DNA from: the human T2T-CHM13v2.0 reference genome, Homo sapiens | Direction: 5' to 3' (one strand) | DNA: 64,000 bases | Assembly (NCBI RefSeq): GCF_009914755.1 | Contig: NC_060934.1 | Shown here: positions 21,731-33,151 of the stretch, piece after piece | Layout of the letters: every line of letters begins with the position of its first letter | Numbering within the stretch: the first letter of the stretch is position 1 | Made by a program: the position numbers and the translations under genes | The notes under the pieces: generated by a model | Seen by the model: the letters and a program-made list of their open reading frames with translations, nothing else | Databases searched by the model: none | Told to the model about the DNA's origin: nothing

Positions 21731-21850
21731 TGACCCGGCTTGAGCTGAACTTGGCGAGGTGGCCCCGCAGAGTTCACTCGGATGTCACGGTCCGGCCTGC
21801 AGGGGTCACAGGCGGGTCAGGCCCGAGGATTGGGAATGGGCCCCAGGTCA
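21731..21850 (+). promoter_or_regulatory. CYP26A1: CYP26A1 distal retinoic acid response elements (~2 kb upstream)
   Basis: DR5 AGTTCA-ctcgg-ATGTCA 21771-21787; DR5 GGGTCA-caggc-GGGTCA 21803-21819; extra half-sites TGACCC 21731, TGAACT 21746 and AGGTCA 21845. Position fits the known distal RARE enhancer. Confidence 0.88.
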
Positions 21851-23654
21851 CGTCCCCATTCGTCGGCTTTGCACACCGGCCGGAGGCGCTGTCCAGAAAG
21901 GGGCGGACCCGGGATTTCTGAGAATTACCTCCAGCGCGATTGGCCTGGCTTCCTGCAGTGGCCAGAGGTTGGTTCGCCGTGTTTACAGCCACCAAATCGT
22001 TTGCCGGAGACTGAAACCCTGCCCAGAGCCTCTGAAACACTGGGCAGGTTATGGGGAAACGCTGACCCCCCGAAACACTCCCTGTGGCGGCGACTCTGGC
22101 TTGGAGAGTCGCTAGGATTGTGCGGGTCCCTCCGACCTCTGCAGATATTTCCTGATACCTCCGGGTTTGGGGACTACCGCGAGAAGGGCAACGCATTTAA
22201 ACTCTCAGGAGCAGAGTTTTCCACCTCCAAGGGACGCCTTCCAAGGCGTGCGGCGTACTTCTGCCAGAGACAGTGTTCAGTTTTAAACAAATGCAGGTCA
22301 TTCTGTTTCATTTTCGGCGCCGCAGGTGCGTTCAGCGCCCAAACCCAGGTAGCGTGTGACCCTGACTGGTCCCGAGCCGGGAAGCTCCGGCAGGTGGAGA
22401 GCAGAGAGAGCAGAGAGAGCAGGTGCGCGTCCCGCAGCGTCTGAGCTCCGGGCATTGGCAGCTCAGTAGCAGCTGATTGTAGATGGGCAAAGTACAGAAG
22501 ACTTCCCAGTACGGATCCCTTCACCCCTCCCATTAGGGGTCGGTAGAGCCCTGAGTTTAGGGCCGAGCACCCCCTCACCTGGATGAGGACAGTGGCTTTA
22601 CTCTGGGTGGGACTTGGGAGAGAGGAGGAGGACTCCAGTGCCCGGTGTACCGGACACCCAGGTAACGCAGTCTACCGTGCCTGGAGCTGGGAAGAGTAGT
22701 TGCAACCGGAGCCCCCTTTTGGGAACTCACTACCCTGAGGCTTAGACAGGTCGGGAATGATCGCCTCCCGGTTAAGGAGGAGGAAACAGGCACAGTGATG
22801 TGTGGTGACTTGCCCAAGGTCACACGCAGTACAGATGGAGCCGGGCCTCGGAGCCAGGACTCCTGGGCTCCCCTTCCTCTTATACCGTCTCTTTATCCTG
22901 CCAGGGCTAAGGACCCCCTTCCCTGCTGTCCAGCTGGGGCGCCAAGCAGCAGGGCCCTCCGAATAGGCGAGCTGTGCTTGGATCTCAGAGACGGGCACCG
23001 ACTGCCGAGCCCCAGACGAAGTGCCCCAGGGTCGGGGATCAGGCTTGTGCAGGGTAGCACCTGGGGACCTGAGGGACCTGGAGGCCTTCTTGTATCCTGA
23101 AGTAGGACCTTCTAAGACTTCATGAGTCCTGGCCCCCTTGCAGGGGTTGGGGAGCTGGGGATCCCAGATCTGCCTATTGCGCCCGATGCCCCGAGGCTCT
23201 CTCTTGGACTCTGGCCCTGAGTTCTTCTGCGCGATCCTTCGGAGACGTCTGGAGGCCTGCTTTATGCATCTCTCTTGGACCTCAGTTTCCCCACACGTGG
23301 GAGGAGGCAGCTGGACGATTCCTGAAAGGACTTTCCCTTGCTTCCTCATCACGTGGAAGAGAGCCCACCCGGCACCTGGAAATGGAAAGCCAGTGAAGGC
23401 TGCTTTGGGCCGGGGCAGCGGGTGGGACCGGGCGGGAGGGATTCCAAAGAGACCGCCGGGAAGGCTAGAGCTTGGAATTCCGGCTCCTCGGAGTCCTGGC
23501 CCTCCCCCACCGCCGCCTCGGAGCTCAGCACACCTTGGATGGGGGAGGCGGGCAGCTCCTAGCCCCGCACCCCAGGAGGCGCGCTCGGAGGGAAGCCGCC
23601 ACCGCGCCGCCTCTGCCTCGGCGCGGAACAAACGGTTAAAGATTTTGGGCAGCG

Positions 23655-23765
23655 CCTCGCGGGGGGAGGAGCCAGGGGCCCAATCCGCAATTAAAGATGA
23701 ACTTTGGGTGAACTAATTGTCTGACCAAGGTAACGTGGGCAGCAACCTGGGCCGCCTATAAAGCG
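23655..23765 (+). promoter_or_regulatory. CYP26A1: CYP26A1 core promoter (G-rich Sp element, CCAAT, TATA)
   Basis: GGGGGGAGG 23661-23669, CCAAT 23680-23684, TATAAA 23757-23762, ~70 nt before the ATG. Confidence 0.85.
23698..23714 (-). promoter_or_regulatory. CYP26A1: CYP26A1 proximal DR5 RARE (R1)
   Basis: TGAACT-ttggg-TGAACT, i.e. AGTTCA-n5-AGTTCA on the minus strand, 43 nt upstream of the TATA box. Confidence 0.95.
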
Positions 23766-23829
23766 GCAGCGCCGTGGGGTTTGAAGCGCTGGCGGCGGCG
23801 GCAGGTGGCGCGGGAGGTCGCGGCGCGCC

Positions 23830-24018
23830 ATGGGGCTCCCGGCGCTGCTGGCCAGTGCGCTCTGCACCTTCGTGCTGCCGCTGCTGCTCTTCCTGGCTGC
23901 GATCAAGCTCTGGGACCTGTACTGCGTGAGCGGCCGCGACCGCAGTTGTGCCCTCCCATTGCCCCCCGGGACTATGGGCTTCCCCTTCTTTGGGGAAACC
24001 TTGCAGATGGTACTGCAG
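23830..24018 (+). CDS. CYP26A1: CYP26A1 exon 1 (coding part)
   Basis: Strong Kozak gccATGG; MGLPALLASALCTF...QMVLQ|gtaagg; 189 nt. Confidence 0.97.
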
Positions 24019-27000
24019 GTAAGGGAGGGTGGGGCGGGACAGGCTGCTTCCCCGGAGCCCGGCGCGGCTCTGGGCTTCTGCTGAAGTCGGGGTAGGCGCC
24101 CCCGGGAGGCATGCTATTGCGGCTAGGAGCAGGGCTGGCGGGAGCGCGGCGCTCCCCGGCGCCCCCTCATGCCCACTTCTCTCCTCCGCCTTCCTCCCAC
24201 AGCGGAGGAAGTTCCTGCAGATGAAGCGCAGGAAATACGGCTTCATCTACAAGACGCATCTGTTCGGGCGGCCCACCGTACGGGTGATGGGCGCGGACAA
24301 TGTGCGGCGCATCTTGCTCGGAGAGCACCGGCTGGTGTCGGTCCACTGGCCAGCGTCGGTGCGCACCATTCTGGGATCTGGCTGCCTCTCTAACCTGCAC
24401 GACTCCTCGCACAAGCAGCGCAAGAAGGTGGGGGCAGGAGGCGACGGCTGGACAGGGAGGGGGACCCCATTTATGAGCGGAATTCCGGCTGATGGATGCT
24501 AGGCGCGGGCTAGCAGCTTGAGGTGGGCTAGGACCCTCTGCCAGCTCCAGGTTAGCTTTCCCAGCTCGGAGAGTGCCATGTGTCTGGCAGGACTGGGGGT
24601 GTCTGGAAGGGGACGGCGGTAGACGAGAGGGGCGGATGGAGGCTTTTAACGCTGTCCCCTCCTCGGGACTCAGGTGATTATGCGGGCCTTCAGCCGCGAG
24701 GCACTCGAATGCTACGTGCCGGTGATCACCGAGGAAGTGGGCAGCAGCCTGGAGCAGTGGCTGAGCTGCGGCGAGCGCGGCCTCCTGGTCTACCCCGAGG
24801 TGAAGCGCCTCATGTTCCGAATCGCCATGCGCATCCTACTGGGCTGCGAACCCCAACTGGCGGGCGACGGGGACTCCGAGCAGCAGCTTGTGGAGGCCTT
24901 CGAGGAAATGACCCGCAATCTCTTCTCGCTGCCCATCGACGTGCCCTTCAGCGGGCTGTACCGGGTAAGGGCGGCAAACGGGCTGCGGACTAGGGGCGCG
25001 GGACCTGGGCGTCTGCTCACCGCCGCGCGCTCTCTGCGCTCAGGGCATGAAGGCGCGGAACCTCATTCACGCGCGCATCGAGCAGAACATTCGCGCCAAG
25101 ATCTGCGGGCTGCGGGCATCCGAGGCGGGCCAGGGCTGCAAAGACGCGCTGCAGCTGTTGATCGAGCACTCGTGGGAGAGGGGAGAGCGGCTGGACATGC
25201 AGGTGAGTAGCAGCTTCAGACCAGGCACTGCGGAGTTTGGTCCCCTGGCTTTCCAAGCGCTGTTCCTGGGGCCCCCAAAGCGCGCGCCTGGGGCCCAGCT
25301 TTCTGGAGTGGGCGGCCGGCTCAGACTACAGCTATGGAATCCCGAAGGAAGGCTGAGACACCCGGTCAGGAGAGCTGCGGAAGGGGCTGCGGCGGAACTG
25401 GGAGCATCCCCTAGCCTTTCCAGGTTTCAAAGGGAAAGTTGGAATTTGCAAAAATGTTAATAAAGAACCTTGCGATTTTAATAAAACTAAGACTTTAACT
25501 CAGGAGTTTCCGGTAGAGCGGGGTCGTACTCGCCTTACTGCTCCAGCTGAACTAAAGGGACGTTGCATTTTGTTTAAAGATATTGCTTTCCTTGACTTTC
25601 TGTCAGCAAAACATTTAGCCCTTCTAGTCTTCCCTCCAGAACTCTCAGTTCGATTCTGAGTAATCCTTCTGTCAAACCGCAGGCAGACTTGTGAGAATGT
25701 GGGTCTCACTCTATTCTTAGGCACTAAAGCAATCTTCAACCGAACTCCTCTTTGGAGGACACGAAACCACGGCCAGTGCAGCCACATCTCTGATCACTTA
25801 CCTGGGGCTCTACCCACATGTTCTCCAGAAAGTGCGAGAAGAGCTGAAGAGTAAGGTAGGGAGACTGGGTCTGGGGGTGTCCTTATTAGCTTAGGAAATT
25901 CAGCTGCTCCCTAGCCAACTTCCGAATAAGTCAGTGTGCTGCCTTCATGGAGTATTTTGAAAGTGCAGGGCCCAGGGCTGCGTGGGCCAGTGGGCAGAAT
26001 TAGCTTTGTGAATAAACAGGATGGAGTCTTGAGCTGTGAGCCCACTTGGGCAGGGTTTGACCTTGTATTCCTACCCCTCCTCCACCTTTTGCTGAACCGT
26101 GGAGATTCTCAGATAGGTTCCACTTTCTTGAATTGGTGTGTCCAAGGGCATACATAGTGTGAATAGCTGATTAGTGTGGGTGGTGGTGGTGAGTGTGGGG
26201 TGGGGGGGCGTGGGGAGAAACTTGGTCCTTCTAACTGGTGAGCAGCATTCTCCTGGGATTGTAAATAGATAGTGGATTTGGGCAGGCAAATGGCCATTAG
26301 CTGCTGTTTCCCCCTCCCAGTCTCTCCCATCATGGGGCCCTTTGGGTTTAGTCTCCACTTAAGCCCTGTTTACGTCTGCTGGGCTGATTTTATTGGAGCA
26401 CAAAATAACTGTTCACCTCTGTATGACTGTTTTGATAGGGTTTACTTTGCAAGAGCAATCAAGACAACAAGTTGGACATGGAAATTTTGGAACAACTTAA
26501 ATACATCGGGTGTGTTATTAAGGAGACCCTTCGACTGAATCCCCCAGTTCCAGGAGGGTTTCGGGTTGCTCTGAAGACTTTTGAATTAAATGTAAGTTAA
26601 AATTCTCTTCTTTCTCCCTTTTGTTGTGGTTTAAAAACTCCTCTTTCTTCCCTATGCTGTGGCTGCAATTCTTATGCTTTTGATAATTGTTCTGCCCTAT
26701 ATGGAGATATGTTTCAGCAACCTGGATCCACCTCTCTCTTTCTACCTCTCCCTTGCTTTTAGCTCATAATTTCCCCCAAAGATATCAGTGACTGCTTTTT
26801 GTTGTTGAAAGTTAAATTCCAGTTTGTCAGCCCTTGGGGTTTCATAATCTTTTGCAGGGATACCAGATTCCCAAGGGCTGGAATGTTATCTACAGTATCT
26901 GTGATACTCATGATGTGGCAGAGATCTTCACCAACAAGGAAGAATTTAATCCTGACCGATTCATGCTGCCTCACCCAGAGGATGCATCCAGGTTCAGCTT

Positions 27001-27199
27001 CATTCCATTTGGAGGAGGCCTTAGGAGCTGTGTAGGCAAAGAATTTGCAAAAATTCTTCTCAAAATATTTACAGTGGAGCTGGCCAGGCATTGTGACTGG
27101 CAGCTTCTAAATGGACCTCCTACAATGAAAACCAGTCCCACCGTGTATCCTGTGGACAATCTCCCTGCAAGATTCACCCATTTCCATGGGGAAATCTGA
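23830..27199 (+). CDS. CYP26A1: CYP26A1, cytochrome P450 retinoic acid 4-hydroxylase (P450RAI-1); 7 exons, 497 aa
   Basis: Exons 23830-24018, 24203-24427, 24674-24964, 25044-25202, 25721-25855, 26439-26591 and 26858-27199 total 1494 nt; all introns GT-AG. FGGHETT I-helix, KETLR, FNPDRF and FGGGLRSCVG motifs present. Confidence 0.99.
24203..24427 (+). CDS. CYP26A1: CYP26A1 exon 2
   Basis: cacag|RRKFLQMKRRKYG...HKQRKK|gtgggg; 225 nt. Confidence 0.97.
24674..24964 (+). CDS. CYP26A1: CYP26A1 exon 3
   Basis: ctcag|VIMRAFSREAL...FSGLYR|gtaagg; 291 nt. Confidence 0.97.
25044..25202 (+). CDS. CYP26A1: CYP26A1 exon 4
   Basis: ctcag|GMKARNLIH...RLDMQ|gtgagt; 159 nt; the preceding intron is only 79 nt. 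Confidence 0.97.
25721..25855 (+). CDS. CYP26A1: CYP26A1 exon 5
   Basis: cttag|ALKQSSTELLFGGHETTAS...EELKSK|gtaggg; 135 nt. Confidence 0.96.
26439..26591 (+). CDS. CYP26A1: CYP26A1 exon 6
   Basis: gatag|GLLCKSNQDNKLDM...KETLRL...TFELN|gtaagt; 153 nt. Confidence 0.96.
26858..27199 (+). CDS. CYP26A1: CYP26A1 exon 7 (heme-binding)
   Basis: tgcag|GYQIPKGW...FGGGLRSCVG...HGEI, TGA at 27197-27199. Confidence 0.97.
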   Translation, partial: GYQIPKGWNVIYSICDTHDVAEIFTNKEEFNPDRFMLPHPEDASRFSFIPFGGGLRSCVGKEFAKILLKIFTVELARHCDWQLLNGPPTMKTSPTVYPVDNLPARFTHFHGEI

Positions 27200-27369
27200 T
27201 GAGCTTGAATGTTCAAACCTGAGACTTATTGGAAGTGTACATATGAGTTTTTAAGGAGTGTTGTGTTGACTTTATATTTAATTTCTAAATGTATATTATA
27301 ATATTTATGTGTTTTGACTATACTACCACAATCTTTAAATATTAAAATAATGAATTTGTATCATTTCCA

Positions 27370-27375
27370 AATAAA
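27370..27375 (+). terminator. CYP26A1: CYP26A1 proximal polyA signal
   Basis: AATAAA, with ATTAAA at 27341-27346 just upstream. Confidence 0.65.
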
Positions 27376-27758
27376 GTAAAATTTGAAGGTACTTTTCTGG
27401 TATTTTAAGATTCCTGTTGGGTAAAACTCACCAGTTTAGTATTTTCTTAGTGTATTTAACCAGATTTTACAATGCCTACCTGGACTTATTTGTCATCTTT
27501 GCATCTGTTTTCTGTGAGAAGAAATCTTAGCTGTTTTTTATGTTAACAGTTATTAGAAAATATATGTCTGTGTGTGTTATTCCAGACGTATCTCTGTAAA
27601 TTCTTCTATAGTCACTTAGATTCCCTATTTGGAAAATTGATCCAAGTTAATTTAATTTTTTTTTGGTTTGCTGTACTTTAGGGAAAGATGAACCTGAAAA
27701 GGTAACACTGAGAACTGTCACTCTAACCTCTCCAGCTTATCTAACATGTCATAAACAT

Positions 27759-27764
27759 AATAAA
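27759..27764 (+). terminator. CYP26A1: CYP26A1 distal polyA signal
   Basis: AATAAA followed by TG-rich sequence. Confidence 0.75.
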
Positions 27765-28597
27765 TCTGTGTTGTCCAATAGTGCCAGAACTGTTCTCTGA
27801 AGTTACGGTTTTAGATAAGACAAAGCCAGTCACTCCAGTTATGGACAGCTCTTGACTAAAATGAGACCAGAAATCATTGGCGTGTCACCTTTACTTAGAA
27901 GTTGCATATGGAAACAGTATTAGGAAAGGCGCATCTCTGGTTAAGATAAGCTGAGCCCAGGTTTTCTTTATTCAAAATGAGGCAGGAGGAGCAGATTTAG
28001 CAGACTGACAGATAAAGTTTTTATCTATCCCAGGCAATAGGGTGTGAGCCTGACATGACTGATAAAATGGCCCAGTCATGACCCTGTGAACCTTGGCTAA
28101 CCTCCGTGAAAGCGCAGTTTTGTCACATTTCTGACCCTGGCATAGCCACAGTCTGAACTGAAGGCCAGACTCTCAATCCAGAAAGGTTAGCCCCAGTGAC
28201 TTGCTTATGCAAGCACATTTTTGGTTTTGGAATGGCACAATCTGCTCACTGAACCTCTGATGACTTGTAGGTTTCAAACTTTACATTTTTCATTACAATT
28301 TTAGAATTTGGCAATACTGCAGAAACCAGGTGGTCTAAATAGGTGTTTGAAAAGTGTTCTGTCTACAGTTACATATTCTACCTGACTATAGTTTTTTAGG
28401 TAGAACTTGGGTTGTTCTTATTGTTGGACTGCTCTGAATTTTAAAGGATGTTTATGTAATAACTCATAATGCCGTTAAAAAATGAGACATTTCAGGCTAT
28501 GTAGTTTCAGCCAAAGCTTTAGTGTACTATAGTGTGCAGAGATGACTCTTCTACCCCTAACATTTTTCCTGGACATTTCCAGCTAGGAGCATGCTAG

Positions 28598-29262
<665 letters not shown>

Positions 29263-32111
29263 CTAAAAGAGTTTTAATACTTTTCATTCTTCTGGAGGAC
29301 AGCTGGCCTTTAAAACACTATCTTCGCTGACTTAGTGGCTCTGTTTCTCTGCGAATGTAGTGCAGTCGGAAATCTGAGCCATCTTAACATATCATTCATT
29401 TTTTAATCTGGGGAGCTTCGAGGAAAGTGCTTCTGGTTTGCATTTCCCAGGGCTAGATTTAGCCCAATTATCCTGATCAGTTACAGAGTAGCAAAGAATT
29501 CATCTTGAAAATACGTTAAAAACACAATCTTTGATCATGTGCTTTGTGCAGAGGAAAGGCAGTCTGGAAGCATGTGAGCAAGGCTGCTGTCTTGGACAAT
29601 GGGCCTGGGTCACATCTCTCTGGGTCAAGTATGTTTTATGGCACAGTCACCTCTGGGCTGGTGTCCACGTGATGGAGAAATGATGTAGATTTGGCCAAAA
29701 CTGTGGAAGGAGGGGACATGACCCCTCTTGGACTCACTCTGGAAAATGACCCTTCGGGCTCCTAGCAGCATGGTGTAGCAATAGGGGTGCTGTGCTGTCC
29801 AGGGCTGCTGCGGGTGGGCGACCAAGCTGGTGCCCTCTGCTTCCCCTTGCGCAATGCCCTTTGCCCTTGCTGCCTCCCATGTTCTCTTCAATCAGGACTG
29901 TGTTGCCACCAACCACAGACCACTGTCAGGACTGAGATGTGAAAGCCTGAGGCTTCAGCATTCAGAGGGATTGGAGCCTTTACCTAGCAAGGTCCTTGGA
30001 GGCCCAGAGACAGACTGTAGTTTTCCTGGGGCCACACAGGGAGTGGCAGAACCAGGAAAGACCTCCAGATGCCATTTTTTTTCTTTCTTTTTTTAAACAG
30101 CTAATAACACTTGCCCGATTTCTAACTCGCTGTTGCCAGACATAATCCAGGGGTCTCAACTTCCTAGCTTCCTTTTATGTCCCCTGCTACCACTCCCGTG
30201 CCAGCACAGATCAATTCTCTTGCAGGTCCCCAGAGGTGGTTGGTGAAATGGGAGCGCTGAGAGGAGGTGGCTGCTCCCCGAGACTCCCTGTCTCCGGTTG
30301 GGGTTTCAGTGCTTTTTGCACCCTGTTACTCTCCAGAGATCCACAAGGGGGCGGGCTTCTCCCTTCTATGCCAGGCTCAGAGGCCAGTGGTTTTCCCCAC
30401 CAGTGTCCACGAATTCCAGTGTACAAGACTCTGGCCCAGGGCTTGCTTTTACCCCGGACAGTGAGAAGCTACAGGCCACCCAGGGCTTAGCAAGTACTTA
30501 GCACCAGGTCTGGTCAAGGCTGCCTGGCCCCTCTGGAAGGGGTCATCCCAGGCTGGGCTGACCTGCGCGTCTTTCAGTTCCTGAAGCAGCCGCCAACCCT
30601 TGGTGGTCTATGGGGTCAGCGGCCCAGGTTTCCAGCATTGCCCCCACACTGCCCACGTGTGGCTTATGTTGCTTTCACTCTACCTGGAAAATCGCTGTCA
30701 GTTTTGAGGGAGCAGGGAGCACAGTTTCCAAAGAACGCGGGCAAACTAATCAGCCTTCGGATGACCGCAACCAGGTGCGGGAGCCACCGCACAAAAGCAC
30801 CTAGGGAGGAACGAGGGACGTATAGGGAGGTTGCGGTGGCTCCTTTAGACAGTCAAAGGGCTGCTGTAGTAAACACAGGTTCAGACCCGTTCTGAGGGAC
30901 AGAGCATGCTCTTAGGAGGGTAAAGTAGGAGAGAGATGCTGGCGCCATGTAAGGAAAACATTCTGAGACAACTCCAGCCCTTTGGTGATGAAACAGGCTA
31001 CCTTGTGAGAGGGAGAGAGTGAGCTCTCTGTCAACAGAGGCAGCCAAATACAAAGCTGGATACCTAAGCCGCCACAGAGATCAAGACATGGAGGGTGAGC
31101 TTGGGTTAGATGACCCCCCATCCCCCTTCCAAAATTAAACAGTTGTGAATCTCCGAAATGTGATTCTGTATTAATTCAGTTCCTCAGATACCCACTTTGA
31201 AATGCCTGGGGCTGTGGAGATGGGACATCCCCACGTCCTATTCCGGAGGCATTCAGCAGTCTTTGGTGATCATTCTCCCAAACCTCAGAGGCAGATGTGG
31301 AAGTGGGAGCCCAGATATGTGACCTCAGAAAGGCACCAAGTGCCCTGTGTTGACTGCCCAGGGACCTCTCCCCTGCCCTGTGACTTGGTGTTTCCTGCTC
31401 CAGGTCCTGTGTCTGCTCCAACCACCCCTAGTTCCCCCAACCTGCCCATGCTGACCATTCGCTTGACCTGGCCTCTGGGGTCACATCCTGCTTCCTTCCC
31501 CAGTCCTCCCCGGGTCCCCATAATCCCATGCACTGACATTGTCCTCTACCCATCCCAGCTGTCCTTTGTCTCCACCTCCTGAAATGTGCTGGGAGGCAGG
31601 AACTGTGTCTCATTGTTCTAATCTTATACATTTAGTCCATTTTCACATACCTCTCCAGCCTCCCCTGGAATGTACATGTAGTAGGTGTTCTCTGGAAGAA
31701 ATACTTCTTGGGGCCAATTGACACCATTTACCTTATGTTTCTCCAGCTTACATGGTGCCATGTTTTTCTTTGAAAAGTGAAACTTTCATCCTTGAAAAAT
31801 CTCAGCGGCCGCAAGCATACACGGCTGTGGTTTAACAGCATGTCACATTCCTGAAACCGACGCTCCACGGGTATTTGACCAAACAAGCTTTCCTTCCTTT
31901 GAAGTAGAGTCAACTCGAGTTAGAACCCTGAGACAGGGATGAAGATTCAGCCTGGGACTGCATGGTGGGTTTTCTGGGTGAGACATATCATGTTGCAATA
32001 TTCATAACCACGCACCCTCAGCACAGAAGCTGCCCCACACTGTAAGATTTCTCACTGCTGCTGAGCCCTCCCTGGTACGTTGAGGAGTTAGAAACCTGTT
32101 CACGCCTTTAG

Positions 32112-32441
<330 letters not shown>

Positions 32442-33151
32442 CTGCTTCAAGATTTTTATCTGAAGTCACTAATGGGTTCACTTAAATGCATTGTGAAAAG
32501 AGGACCAGGTGCTTTGCTTATAATAGACATGTGACAAAACAAATTTGTTAAGTACAGCCAAATCAATTCATTGACTGGTTCGTTAAGTACAGCCATATTG
32601 TCCAACACAACAATGACTTAATGATAGATGGGGGCATTCAGTATTCCAAAATTGAAAGTTCATTTAATGTCAGGTAGTCACAGACTTTTAGGGCCGTAAA
32701 GGAGGACAGGTCATCTGGCCCCTCAGTTTACACCTGAGAAACCCGAGGTTGAAAGAAATTTTAGGTTACAACAGAGAATGTGCCCAGCACACTGTAGGAC
32801 TTGACCCTGCTCTCAGTTAAAAAAAAAAAAAATCAACTGTATTGTTTACTTATATACGTGTCAGGGAAAAAAATGCAGGTTAGCAGACTATTTGAGACCA
32901 AATAGTTCTTATTTGTCATGATACTGCTGAGAGTGTGTGGACTCTGGGAGGTGTTTTGAGAACCTGGAATTTTGTGGCCTCAGAGAATTTGACACAAAAC
33001 CTGGCGGAAGGTACAGATTGCTGGCATTTATGGTGGATGTGGGGGCTGAGGTCTTCACGTTGGTAGAGCTGGACTTTCAGATCGTTTGAGCCCCTTCTAC
33101 TAAACAGCAGAAAATGGGTTTTAAAGGCAAAAGCACTTACTTATGAGAAAC

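Larger units (their letters stand above)
21600..25450. promoter_or_regulatory. CpG island(s) over the CYP26A1 enhancer, promoter and exons 1-4
   Basis: High CpG and GC, densest at 21.6-22.5 kb and 23.4-25.4 kb. Confidence 0.8.

Noticed and set aside
21782-22444. 220-aa plus-strand ORF in the distal enhancer
   Set aside because: Its ATG is the ATGTCA RARE half-site; GC-rich chance ORF with no recognisable homology.
22672-23631. 319-aa minus-strand ORF upstream of CYP26A1
   Set aside because: Non-ATG start, low-complexity R/G/P/A composition, crosses a MIR-like segment and a CpG island where stops are rare; no recognisable domain.
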